The notes beneath the pieces are model-generated. The model was given only the letters and a program-made list of their open reading frames with translations. It was not told where the DNA came from and did no database searches. A stretch of DNA of 64,000 nt from a virus. Within the stretch, counting starts at the first letter, position 1. Each line of letters starts with the position of its first letter. Shown piece by piece: positions 10,191 to 19,937 of the stretch. The stretch covers positions 8,391 to 72,390 of the IMG/VR virus record IMGVR_UViG_3300035698_021020. The stretch is one strand, 5' to 3'. The position numbers and the translations under genes are program-made.

Positions 10191-12055
10191 CGAAGAAAAG
10201 TATAGATGATAATTATCAGAAACTAACAGATTCTGAACATGTTTTAAAAAGACCATCTATGTATATAGGAACAGTCGTTCCACATAATGGACCAATACAT
10301 TTATATGATGGCAAGAAGGTATATTTAGACACAATTACCTATAATCCGGGATTTATAAAGATATTTGATGAAATTATATCTAACTCTGCTGATGAACATC
10401 GTAAAAATAAGAAACTTTCTGAGGTACGAGTAACATTAAATCTAGATTCAAATACTATAAGTGTTTGGGACAATGGTGGAATTCCTGTTAAAATGCATAC
10501 GGTACATAAAGAGTGGATCCCAGAAATGATATTCTCAAGTCTTAGATCTGGTTCAAATTTTGATGATACTGAAAAACGAAAAGGCGCTGGTACAAATGGA
10601 GTAGGATCAACTCTTACTAATATATACAGTACAAAATTCAAAATTGTTACCTGTGATGGAACAAATCAATTTCATCAAATATTTAGTAATAACTTATCTA
10701 AGAGGACCAAGGCCTTAATTACTCCAAATAAACGAAAATTCACAGAAATAACTTATACTCCAGAACTTTCTAGGTTTAAAATGGAAACTATTTCTGATAA
10801 TGATTGTAAACTTTTATTTAGACGATGTTTAGATATCGCTGCATGTAACATAAAATTGCGAATCTCATTCACGACTATTAAAAACAAAAAGAAAAGCACA
10901 TTTAATATTAAGCTAAACTCATTCTCAGATTACATAGCATTACATACTCCTGATTATTTTTATGAAGAAAGTGATGATTGGAAGATAGGATTTGCTGTTT
11001 CTAATGATGGGTTCACGAATACTAGCTTTGTTAACTCTGTACATACATCAAATGGTGGTACTCATGTAGAGTATATTACAAATCAACTTATCGCTCATCT
11101 AAGGGAGTTCATCAAAAAGAAACATAAGATTGAGGTCAAGCCAAATGATATTAGAAATCATATACACGTGTTTATTGAAAGCTCTGTTATAAATTCTAAT
11201 TTTGATGCTCAGACTAAGACACAACTGATGACCGAAGTTAGAGACTTTGGAACAGAGCATAATGTTTCTGAAAAATTAGCAAAGGCTGTTTTTAAATCTG
11301 AAATTGTTGAATCAGTATTAGATTGGGTAAATCAGAAGCTTAAGGCTCAGGAAAATGCAGAACTTAGAAAGTTAAACAAAGGGCTTAGTAAAGAGAAAGT
11401 CATCAAATTAATTGATGCACAGAAGAAAGGAGATAGAGGTAAATGCACATTAGGAATATTCGAAGGAGATTCTGCAAAATCTGCATTTAGAGAACATAGA
11501 GATCCTCAATATCAAGGAGCATTTCCTTTACGAGGTAAGTTTATGAATGTGAGCGAATTAAGCAATCTTAGAGTTGTTAAGAATAAGCAAGGAAAAACTA
11601 CAGAAGCTGTTCCATTAATGGCAGCAATTGGTTTAAAACTTGGTGAGAAACCTAAAAACTTGAGATATGGAAAGATCTACATATATACTGATGCGGATCC
11701 AGATGGAGATTGCATTGCTGCTTTAGTAATTAATTTCCTAAATAGATATTGGCCTGAATTATTCGATGATGGTAGAGTCTATAAAGTATTGACTCCACTT
11801 GTTGTTGCCAAGAAAGGAAAACAAGTAAAGAGTTTCTATACTTCTGAAGAATATGAAAAATGGACCAAACTTAAAGGATCCGCTGGTTGGGAAACTGAAT
11901 ATAAGAAAGGATTAGCTGCATTATGTGATTCAGAATATAAAGAGATAATTCATAATCCAAAATTAATTAAAATGATTAATGATAAAAATTATAAAGATTC
12001 ACTAGATGCATGGTTTGGAAAAGATTCTCAACCTAGAAAAGATAGACTTTTATAA
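10187..12055 (+). CDS. gp39: DNA topoisomerase II large subunit (gp39+60 / GyrB-like)
   Basis: HVLKRPSMYIG, EIISNSAD, GTNGVG, TOPRIM EGDSA, PLRGK, DADPDG, YKKGLA. Confidence 0.95.
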   Translation: MTKKSIDDNYQKLTDSEHVLKRPSMYIGTVVPHNGPIHLYDGKKVYLDTITYNPGFIKIFDEIISNSADEHRKNKKLSEVRVTLNLDSNTISVWDNGGIPVKMHTVHKEWIPEMIFSSLRSGSNFDDTEKRKGAGTNGVGSTLTNIYSTKFKIVTCDGTNQFHQIFSNNLSKRTKALITPNKRKFTEITYTPELSRFKMETISDNDCKLLFRRCLDIAACNIKLRISFTTIKNKKKSTFNIKLNSFSDYIALHTPDYFYEESDDWKIGFAVSNDGFTNTSFVNSVHTSNGGTHVEYITNQLIAHLREFIKKKHKIEVKPNDIRNHIHVFIESSVINSNFDAQTKTQLMTEVRDFGTEHNVSEKLAKAVFKSEIVESVLDWVNQKLKAQENAELRKLNKGLSKEKVIKLIDAQKKGDRGKCTLGIFEGDSAKSAFREHRDPQYQGAFPLRGKFMNVSELSNLRVVKNKQGKTTEAVPLMAAIGLKLGEKPKNLRYGKIYIYTDADPDGDCIAALVINFLNRYWPELFDDGRVYKVLTPLVVAKKGKQVKSFYTSEEYEKWTKLKGSAGWETEYKKGLAALCDSEYKEIIHNPKLIKMINDKNYKDSLDAWFGKDSQPRKDRLL

Positions 12056-12119
12056 AATATTATTAAATTTAATAAGCTTAAGTAACTTATTCTAACTCTA
12101 ATTATAAAAAGAATACTGA

Positions 12120-12656
12120 ATGGAGAATAGTAAAACAATAACTGATTTCCTAGACAAGGAATATCGAGACTATGCAGTTTATGTTCTTGAGGAACGAGCT
12201 ATTCCATCTGTAATTGATGGATTTAAGCCAACTCAAAGAAAAATCATTTATATTGCAGATAAAGTCTGGAAGAATGGAAAAGAGAAGCCTTTGAAGGTAT
12301 TCCAACTTGCAGGTAGAGTTGCAGCAGATGCTAAGTACCATCATGGCGACTGTCTTGATCCAGATACTGAGATATTATTAAGTGACGGTTCATATATCAC
12401 AATATGTGAATGGTTTGAAAAATATCGAGATACTAAACTTAAAGTTTTAGCATTTGATGAATCTACTGATAAATTTGTAGAAGCAATCGGTCATTCTCCT
12501 AGGATAGGTCAAGTTACTGATCTTGAGTATGAAATTGAGATGGAAGACGGTAGCATATTCAAATGCACAAACAATCATCCGTTCTTAACTCAGCGTGGAT
12601 GGATTAAAGCTAAAGATTTAGAGGAAGACGACGACATAATAAATTTAAAATCATAA
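12120..12656 (+). CDS. gp52: topoisomerase II gp52 N-extein (77 aa) fused to split intein IntN (101 aa)
   Basis: RAIPSVIDGFKPTQRK...YHHGD followed by intein block A CLDPDTEILLSDG (from 12351) and block B CTNNHPFLT; ends with acidic DLEEDDDII. Confidence 0.92.
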   Translation: MENSKTITDFLDKEYRDYAVYVLEERAIPSVIDGFKPTQRKIIYIADKVWKNGKEKPLKVFQLAGRVAADAKYHHGDCLDPDTEILLSDGSYITICEWFEKYRDTKLKVLAFDESTDKFVEAIGHSPRIGQVTDLEYEIEMEDGSIFKCTNNHPFLTQRGWIKAKDLEEDDDIINLKS

Positions 12657-12708
12657 TCCATCACCTTGGTGATATTTAGCCTAATAAATAAAATAAAAGC
12701 TAGTCACT

Positions 12709-13644
12709 ATGGAATTAAAATGCGATAAATGCAACATAATGTATAATAATAGCCCATATCTAAATACTAATAGAATTAATAATGATCCTATTAGATTTCT
12801 ACATACATGTAAGGAATGTAGAAAAATTAAGAAATGTGGAAACTGCAATAATGAATTTAAACATTATCAGAATCAAACATGTTCTAAGAAATGTGCAGCT
12901 ATTCTAAAGGAGAAAACATATATGTTAACACAGGGAGCTCCACATAATTTTTCTAAGAATTCGAAATCTAAAATTAGAATACAATTAGAATTACTAGAAA
13001 ATGAAGGAATATCTAATGTTTTTCAAAGGGATACAGTAAAGGCTGCAATTAAAGCCACTATGATGACAAGATATGGTGTAGACAATATATCGAAATCTGA
13101 AGATATTAAAATTAAAAAGAAAGAAACTCTTCGTCAAACGTTAATTGATAATCCTGATCTATTTAAGAACAAATGGTGGGAGAATCATAATAGATTTATA
13201 AATGACATAGGATATGATCCAAGATTGAGTATATTTGGAAAAGCGTCGATTGAATCAATGCTAGTATTTAATCCAATATCTAAATTATGCACATCACTTG
13301 GAATACTAGAATCTGATATATATGTAGGACATGATACTAAATCTGAATATTTTATTAATATTGGTACTAAAACATATTTCTATGATTTCTGTATTAGATC
13401 TAAGAATATAATAATCGAATATCATGGTGTCGGATTTCATGCAAATCCTACGTGGGAATTGACTAAACTAAATAAATGGAGATCTGCATTTACAAATGAG
13501 ACCTCAAGTGAGAATATTAGAAAGACTAAAATAAAAAATAATGCAGCTATTAATAAAGGATTCAAGATTCTTGAAATATGGAGTGATTCCAATATAGATG
13601 ACAATATTAATCTGTGTAAAGCATTTATAAACGCTAACATATGA
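12709..13644 (+). mobile_element. free-standing homing endonuclease ORF (Vsr-like PD-(D/E)XK with zinc ribbons) inside the split intein locus
   Basis: CxxC pairs, RYGVDNISKS motif, C-terminal YDFCI..IIIEYHGVGFH...GFKILEIW; stop overlaps the IntC start (ATGA). Confidence 0.82.
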
Positions 13645-14885
13645 AAATAAAATCTATTAAAATAAACAATCTAGAATCTCCTAAGAAATTCTATGATATA
13701 ACCGTAGATAAGCATCACAATTTTGTAATTGGACGCAAATCTAAAATAGTGACACATAATTCATCATTGAATGGAGCTATTATAACCATGGCTCAGTCAT
13801 TTAAGAACTCTATGCCTGTCCTTCAATCAATTGGACAATATGGATCATTACGATCTCCAGAAGCAGGAGCCCCAAGATATGTATCTACTAAACTTCATGA
13901 GAACTTCAGACAGATCTACATGGATTTTGAATTGCTTACTCCAACTTATGATGAAGGCGATGAGATAGAACCAGAATATTTTCTTCCTATTATTCCAACT
14001 GTGTTACTGAATGGGAGTTCAGGAATAGCGGTAGGGTTCGCAACTAATATCTTAAATAGAAATCCAATAGTTTTAATTGACTGTTGCCTAAAGGAATTGA
14101 CTGGAAAGAGATTTAATGAGCCTGTTCCATGGTACAATGGATACAATGGAGTTGTGCATAAAGATACAGCATCTGGCTCATGGATATTTAGCGGAAGATG
14201 GAATGCTAAAAATACAACTACTGTTGATATATCTGAACTTCCACCATCTATGACATATGAGAAGTATGACACATATCTTTCAAACAAAGAAGATCTTAGA
14301 GCTATTACGAGTTATGCGAACAGAGGTAAAGGTTCTATTGATTATGAAGTGAAGTTCTCTAGAAGCGAATTAGCTAGATTAACGACAAGTGATAGACTAA
14401 CTCGTTTATTGAAGATGGAAGAAAAACAATCTGAGAATCTAACTGTCTTAGATGAGAATAAGAAACTGAAAATCTTCAAAAGCGCATCAGAGATAATCAA
14501 ATACTTTGTTGCCTTTAGATTGAAATATTATGATAAGCGAAAAATTCATTTAATTGAGAAACTCAATAGAGAATTATTGATGCTTACAAATAGAGCTAGA
14601 TTCATTAAAGACATTATCGATAGGAAACTGAAAATCAATAATGTTCCTAAGCGAACTATAGTTCTTTATTTGGAAACCGCAGATTATGATGAAGTAGATA
14701 GATCATATAACTATTTGCTTTATATGCCAATTCACTCACTAACTAAGGAAAGATATGAAGAGATCTTATCTGAAGTAGGAGATAAGAAGGTAGAATTAGT
14801 AGCAACAAAAAAGCTGAAACCTGCTACGATGTATGAAACAGATCTTAAAGATCTCAGATCAGCACTAATTAAGAAATACAAATGA
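13641..14885 (+). CDS. gp52: split intein IntC (40 aa) fused to topoisomerase II gp52 C-extein
   Basis: MKIKSIKI...FYDITVDKHHNFV...VTHN|S (junction 13760/13761), then GQYGSL, catalytic APRY, EPEYFLPIIPTVLLNG..GIAVG. Confidence 0.92.
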   Translation: MKIKSIKINNLESPKKFYDITVDKHHNFVIGRKSKIVTHNSSLNGAIITMAQSFKNSMPVLQSIGQYGSLRSPEAGAPRYVSTKLHENFRQIYMDFELLTPTYDEGDEIEPEYFLPIIPTVLLNGSSGIAVGFATNILNRNPIVLIDCCLKELTGKRFNEPVPWYNGYNGVVHKDTASGSWIFSGRWNAKNTTTVDISELPPSMTYEKYDTYLSNKEDLRAITSYANRGKGSIDYEVKFSRSELARLTTSDRLTRLLKMEEKQSENLTVLDENKKLKIFKSASEIIKYFVAFRLKYYDKRKIHLIEKLNRELLMLTNRARFIKDIIDRKLKINNVPKRTIVLYLETADYDEVDRSYNYLLYMPIHSLTKERYEEILSEVGDKKVELVATKKLKPATMYETDLKDLRSALIKKYK

Positions 14886-15952
14886 GCGAAAATCAAACAG
14901 CATTAACTTACGATGACGTGCAATTAATTCCTGCACGTTCATCAGTCGAATCAAGAGAAACTATTGATCTTACTACTCAATTAAGTAGGAATTATCAAAT
15001 AATGACACCATTTATTGCTTCATGTATGGACACAATATGTGAGAAAGAAATGGCGTTCAAAATGTTCCAATATGGTGGAGTAGGCTGCATCCATAGATTT
15101 ATGTCAATTGAACAGCAGTGCGTACAAGTTAGATGGCTCTCAGTAGAAATATCTAATTACTTATCGACTGCTGACGACGATTGTATATGGGAATGTGCCC
15201 CTAGTGAGATCCCAATAATGGCAGCAATCGGTATTGGTCATGATTATGTCGAACATGCAGAACGACTTGTCGATGATGGAGTAAATGTCATATTAATAGA
15301 TGTTGCCCATGGACATCATACTAGAGTTATGTTGGCTATTAAAAAACTAAAAGAAGTGTTACCTAAGCATGTCGATGTTATTGCTGGCAATATCGCAACT
15401 ACTGAAGGAGCAGTCGCTCTCATAGAATCTGGAGTAGATGGACTCAGAGTTGGAATAGGCGGCGGTAGTCTATGTACAACTCGAATAAAAACAGGATTTG
15501 GTGTTCCAAACCTAACCGCTATTCAGAATATCGCTAGACTAGGAAGTACTGTAGATATTCCAATCATGGCAGATGGCGGAATACGAAACAGTGGTGATAT
15601 TGCAAAGGCTCTTGCCTTTGGCGCAGATTGCGTAATGCTAGGTTCTATTCTTTCTGGAACAGAAGAAACACCAGGAAAGATAATAGAACAAGACGGTGCT
15701 CTATTTAAAAGATACGCAGGAGCCGCTTCATTAGAAACCAAATCAAAACATGGTCAGAAAGAACGAAATATCGAAGGAGTATCTACAATGGTTCCATTCA
15801 AAGGAGGAGTAAAATTCACACTAGAAGGATTAATTGACGGATTAAAATCAGCTCTTTCATATGGAGGTGCTGAGAATATTTATAAATTTGCACCAGAATA
15901 TTGTATAGTAACTACTTCTGGTAGAATAGAAGCATCACCTCATAAAATATAA
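14882..15952 (+). CDS. IMP dehydrogenase / GMP reductase family protein, no CBS domains
   Basis: [44 protein letters not shown]. Confidence 0.9.
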   Translation: MSENQTALTYDDVQLIPARSSVESRETIDLTTQLSRNYQIMTPFIASCMDTICEKEMAFKMFQYGGVGCIHRFMSIEQQCVQVRWLSVEISNYLSTADDDCIWECAPSEIPIMAAIGIGHDYVEHAERLVDDGVNVILIDVAHGHHTRVMLAIKKLKEVLPKHVDVIAGNIATTEGAVALIESGVDGLRVGIGGGSLCTTRIKTGFGVPNLTAIQNIARLGSTVDIPIMADGGIRNSGDIAKALAFGADCVMLGSILSGTEETPGKIIEQDGALFKRYAGAASLETKSKHGQKERNIEGVSTMVPFKGGVKFTLEGLIDGLKSALSYGGAENIYKFAPEYCIVTTSGRIEASPHKI

Positions 15953-15953
15953 T

Positions 15954-16271
15954 ATGAGCAAAACAATAACAGTACGTGCAGATTTTCGAGATACTATTAT
16001 TAATCTGAGTGAGATTACACGCATTGAAGCATTAGCTGATTATGTTATTATTCGAACTAAGACTGATAAGATCGTGACAGTGTCTACAATGAAAGGCATT
16101 CTTTCTCGTCTTCCTGAAAAATTCATAAGAACTCATCGTTCGCATATTGTGAATTCTGCTAAAATAAAGTCTGCTAATTATAAAGCAGTTATACTTCCAG
16201 GAAAAGTTGTTGTCCCAGTTGGACGAGCTTTCTGGAAAGAACTTCGAGATAAGCTTAGAACTGCTGCATAA
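15954..16271 (+). CDS. stand-alone LytTR DNA-binding domain protein
   Basis: IEALADYV...LPEKFIRTHRSHIVN...VPVGR. Confidence 0.85.
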   Translation: MSKTITVRADFRDTIINLSEITRIEALADYVIIRTKTDKIVTVSTMKGILSRLPEKFIRTHRSHIVNSAKIKSANYKAVILPGKVVVPVGRAFWKELRDKLRTAA

Positions 16272-16431
16272 TTTAGAGATCTTAGAGGCAAGTTACTGGG
16301 AGCATTTTAAATACGCTAAGGATCTTGCGATGTATCTTCCATTAAAGCATCCTAAGCGAATTGCGATAGAAGCTGAGTTAAATAAAATGATAGAGGAGAT
16401 CAACAAACTGAAAAAATCAAACTCGAAATAG
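16207..16431 (+). CDS. hypothetical protein (start uncertain)
   Basis: Fills the gap between LytTR and the next ORF; helical C-terminus. Confidence 0.4.
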   Translation: MLSQLDELSGKNFEISLELLHNLEILEASYWEHFKYAKDLAMYLPLKHPKRIAIEAELNKMIEEINKLKKSNSK

Positions 16432-16446
16432 TATAATAATTACACA

Positions 16447-16737
16447 ATGGCCGAATACTCAAAACAATATTTAGATGTACATGATCCAGGCGGAATGGAT
16501 CCTGATTTTGATATCGAAGAAATCGCGTCTAGCCTGAGTAGTAAACAATATGCCTCGCAAATATGTGAAGGCTTTGGATTTATTGCAATTGGAAAAAATA
16601 AAACTGGTGAAATACAATTAGCCATGCCTACTGCTGAATCATTAAGTGGAGGTAAACCAGGAGCTACAGTAAATGTAGAATGGAAGTCACTCAAAGAAGT
16701 AATAACCAATTCCAAAAAAAATGAAGAGGAAGTTTAG
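16447..16737 (+). CDS. hypothetical protein
   Basis: 96 aa with ICEGFG motif and A-rich leader. Confidence 0.6.
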   Translation: MAEYSKQYLDVHDPGGMDPDFDIEEIASSLSSKQYASQICEGFGFIAIGKNKTGEIQLAMPTAESLSGGKPGATVNVEWKSLKEVITNSKKNEEEV

Positions 16738-17029
16738 TCTTATTTTAATTTTATGTGTACTGTCAATTGGCGGAGTTATTGCACAAGATACAATTTTTAT
16801 GTTCACTCCACATAATGACCCTATTGTTCATCATACTGAATCGAGAGATTCGTTATTTATTTACAATAATACAATGGGTAGACTTATCCAAGAGATTTGG
16901 GTAGATGACCCTATTGATCATGATGGATACTCACCAGTTATTGTAATGGTCCCAACGGTTATTGTAATATTCCGAAAGAAATTAGAACACGCCAAAAATG
17001 AGCAAGCAAATAACAGTAACTTTTACTGA
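16721..17029 (+). CDS. secreted or membrane hypothetical protein
   Basis: Signal peptide MKRKFSLILILCVLSIGGVIA|QD. Confidence 0.55.
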   Translation: MKRKFSLILILCVLSIGGVIAQDTIFMFTPHNDPIVHHTESRDSLFIYNNTMGRLIQEIWVDDPIDHDGYSPVIVMVPTVIVIFRKKLEHAKNEQANNSNFY

Positions 17030-17162
17030 AACCGAACGAATTGCTATTAACACTCTTTCTCATATGTACGTTGATAAGATGGATGAGAAAGCGGACATGA
17101 GTAATCCAGTTCTTGTTCAAGTCAAAGCAACACTACAATCAATTCAGAAAAAACTAGTATGA
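16998..17162 (+). CDS. small hypothetical protein (54 aa, not in the ORF track)
   Basis: MSKQITVTFTETERIAINTL...QKKLV*; stop overlaps the next start (ATGA at 17159-17162). Confidence 0.55.
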   Translation: MSKQITVTFTETERIAINTLSHMYVDKMDEKADMSNPVLVQVKATLQSIQKKLV

Positions 17163-17575
17163 TCTCAATAGAGAATACTACCATAGACGATCAGCCACAT
17201 CAAATGGTTGCTGAGGGTTCAGAAGATTCTAAAATAGATGAGTCTGAAGTGTATATGTTTATGGATGCTCAAGGCTGGCATGTTCAATCAATCGAAATAA
17301 ATTTCGATACTCTTCAGTCAGTATGGCGATGGACTTGTAAATTACACACTAAAAATAGTCTTACTCTTCTTCAATTAAAGGAAAAGATTGATTATTTACT
17401 TAAACATAATCCTAGGCATGCTAATTGGCAAGTTAAGATACTTGATAATTCACCTAGCATGGGAGCCAGATCATCTACTGCTATTGATAATCTAGATCCT
17501 GGATTTGATTGGGAATCAGGTATTATTCATTTAAAAACAAGAGTGCCTCTTTATAAACACAAAAAAGCAAAATGA
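17159..17575 (+). CDS. hypothetical protein
   Basis: 138 aa with overlapping start/stop. Confidence 0.55.
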   Translation: MISIENTTIDDQPHQMVAEGSEDSKIDESEVYMFMDAQGWHVQSIEINFDTLQSVWRWTCKLHTKNSLTLLQLKEKIDYLLKHNPRHANWQVKILDNSPSMGARSSTAIDNLDPGFDWESGIIHLKTRVPLYKHKKAK

Positions 17576-17874
17576 TAACATTCTTTCTTATTCTTGGGAT
17601 ATTTTCTATTATTAATCTAGTAGAACTTGGATATATGTGGTTCCAATGGGACAAAATCTCAGTCACTTTGGACATAACTAAAGGAGTTGTCAATATTGCA
17701 GGACAAAAGGAGAAACTGGACGCAATTGCTTCTATTGTATTAAGCGTCCTATCTAAATTCAAAGGACTAGTTATGATCCCTATAATCCTACTTCTTTTTA
17801 TAAACCTTATTGCTTCTATTGTCTTAGGTTTTATATTGTCAGGATTACATAGTATAGTACTATTATTCGTCTAA
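17572..17874 (+). CDS. membrane protein
   Basis: Two or three hydrophobic helices. Confidence 0.6.
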   Translation: MITFFLILGIFSIINLVELGYMWFQWDKISVTLDITKGVVNIAGQKEKLDAIASIVLSVLSKFKGLVMIPIILLLFINLIASIVLGFILSGLHSIVLLFV

Positions 17875-17888
17875 AAACAAATCGGAAA

Positions 17889-18179
17889 ATGAAGTACAAC
17901 CCAATTGACATTCAAAAAGAATTGATTCGAAGTAAGATAATCGCTTACTTCATTCAGTATATTTCAGGTAACCTTTATTACAAGGTAACTTTAGAATCAG
18001 GAACATATCAGTTTCCTATAGAGACTACTGAACTTGTTGAAAAATCTGATGATCTATCTGAGATGATTCTATCTACAGATCTAGGTACCAGTAACTTTAA
18101 TGCTGAAATGAAAGGATCTTATCTGAATCGCTGGATCCAGAAAGCAATTAAAAATAAAGAGTTCATTAAAATAGATTAA
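17889..18179 (+). CDS. hypothetical protein
   Basis: 96 aa, GNLYY...YQFPI...DLG..F.AEMK. Confidence 0.6.
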   Translation: MKYNPIDIQKELIRSKIIAYFIQYISGNLYYKVTLESGTYQFPIETTELVEKSDDLSEMILSTDLGTSNFNAEMKGSYLNRWIQKAIKNKEFIKID

Positions 18180-18217
18180 GTCATTCTACGCAACCTACCC
18201 CAAAAGTGTGACACAAG

Positions 18218-18249
18218 AAAAAGGCCTCTAAAAATTTAGAGGCCTTTTT
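18218..18249. terminator. bidirectional intrinsic terminator between convergent operons, downstream of the capsid gene
   Basis: AAAAAGGCCTCTA-AAAATT-TAGAGGCCTTTTT perfect inverted repeat with T-tracts in both directions. Confidence 0.85.
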
Positions 18250-18268
18250 AAGTAAGCGTATTTAACTC

Positions 18269-19900
18269 TTAGCTACCTAAAGCTGAAGGAGCAACACCAC
18301 CAGTAAGAACTGCTAGGTCTCCAGCTATATCCATAGAGATATATTGAGTTTCTGGATGCCATCCAGCCTCAGTTACAGCATAACGAGACTTCATACCAAC
18401 TTTAGGAGAGAAAGATCCCTCTGAGATTGTTTGAAGTGACTCAGCCATGATATAAGGCATGAATTTAACACCTGGCTCTTCGTCTGCACCTTTACGTCCA
18501 AGTACGATACGTGTATCTCCCCATCTAAGGTTAGGATCTACGTATACTTGTACTCCGTAAACTTTTCCTGCAGGATAAAGGTTTCCAGCAACTCCACTCA
18601 TATCCGAAGGAACTTGAGCAATTGAGTAACCAGCAACATCAGCCATAGCAGAAGCAACTCGTCCATTTGTTACCAAGAAGGTACCAGCACCGAATCTCCC
18701 TCTGTGATAGATCAAGTTCGCAAGCTCTAATGTCTTGGTAACTAATCTACGTTGTAGAGTCGAAACGTTTTCAAATCCACCAGTTCCAGCATTAAGATCA
18801 AGAGTAGTAATACCTGAACCTTCAACTAACGCTACTTCCGCAGAGTGAGTGTCAGCTAGATCGAATACTCTATCTACTAATACTTTATTGATTGACTGTG
18901 CCAAGTCATTAACTGCAACGTTCTCAAGCATTGAGATAACGTCGTAATTCCATACTCGGTTAAGATCCTGAATCTGTTCAACAGTTGCAGAAATTGCTAC
19001 TTGGTCAGAAATAGCTTCTACGAACTTTGTGAACATTCTCATACCCATTTGACGGAACTTAGAAAGTTCTGCCTTTTCTCTGGTCATTCCCGTAGGAGTG
19101 TTACCAGTCGCAGGTAGATAAGGACCTTCGAACTGTGTAGTAGCGTAATCTTCATCACTCACTGCAGTGAAACCAGAAATATGGTTTTCAAGAGCAGAAG
19201 GTAGAGATACAGCACCTGTTCCAACTACTGCAGCATCACCAGAAATGGTAACGTTGTTTCCTTCGAACGATAGTGCAACTGTTTCATTAGCTACGGTATC
19301 AGCAAGAATTTTTATGATTACATGACCATCAACTCGAGAGAATCCTACGAATTGAGCAGTGTGACCTGTTTGTCCAGTAACAGCATCACCAGATACTGCA
19401 TTTGGGTAATCATTTGCGGTTAATCCACTAAGCTTGATCAGATAAGGATCTGCATCCTGATCTTCACGACCACCAGCGTAGACATAATCCAAATAAGGTA
19501 AGAACCCTACTGGAGAATCCATTGGAATTACAGGGACTAGATCGAAACCGATAGTCTTAGCTGCAACTTGGATAGCTACGGGTAGAAGTGAAGGAAATTT
19601 ATCACCTGAACCTGAGTCAGCGTATGAATTTTTTGCACCACCACTAAAAGGTGTTTGTGATGCAGTTGGAGCAGCTGGTGCTCCCATGAAACCTCCGATT
19701 GACTGAGGAGTTTGGAAAAACGATCCTGGAGCAGCTTGCTCAAAGAGTGGTGTAGCGTTATCAAAGATCGCATGGTTGTGAGCATATTCTGCTAACCATG
19801 GAGTCTTCTCAACACTTGCACCCATTCCTTCTAGGATTGGCTTCCAGTTCTCATTCAACTGGTTGTCGTTTGTACGTTTAAAAACTTTAGTACGTGCCAT
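18269..19900 (-). CDS. gp23: major capsid protein (T4 gp23-like)
   Basis: W-x-PILE N-terminus, FDLVPVIPMDSPVG, EQIQDL, YPAG..GVQVYVDP, FMPYI, FSPKVGMKSRYA. Confidence 0.9.
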   Translation of the reverse strand: MARTKVFKRTNDNQLNENWKPILEGMGASVEKTPWLAEYAHNHAIFDNATPLFEQAAPGSFFQTPQSIGGFMGAPAAPTASQTPFSGGAKNSYADSGSGDKFPSLLPVAIQVAAKTIGFDLVPVIPMDSPVGFLPYLDYVYAGGREDQDADPYLIKLSGLTANDYPNAVSGDAVTGQTGHTAQFVGFSRVDGHVIIKILADTVANETVALSFEGNNVTISGDAAVVGTGAVSLPSALENHISGFTAVSDEDYATTQFEGPYLPATGNTPTGMTREKAELSKFRQMGMRMFTKFVEAISDQVAISATVEQIQDLNRVWNYDVISMLENVAVNDLAQSINKVLVDRVFDLADTHSAEVALVEGSGITTLDLNAGTGGFENVSTLQRRLVTKTLELANLIYHRGRFGAGTFLVTNGRVASAMADVAGYSIAQVPSDMSGVAGNLYPAGKVYGVQVYVDPNLRWGDTRIVLGRKGADEEPGVKFMPYIMAESLQTISEGSFSPKVGMKSRYAVTEAGWHPETQYISMDIAGDLAVLTGGVAPSALGS

Positions 19901-19937
19901 TTTTTATATTGACTTTTTTTATTGTTACTTTTTACTA

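Noticed and set aside
12657-13640. Group I intron as the explanation for the interrupted gp52 (likewise uvsW)
   Set aside because: Non-coding gaps are only ~40-50 nt, too small for a ribozyme core, and the flanks carry clear intein blocks A/B and F/G
14882-15952. Intein in IMPDH (a known fractured-gene host)
   Set aside because: [11 protein letters not shown] is intact and the protein length is normal for a CBS-less enzyme
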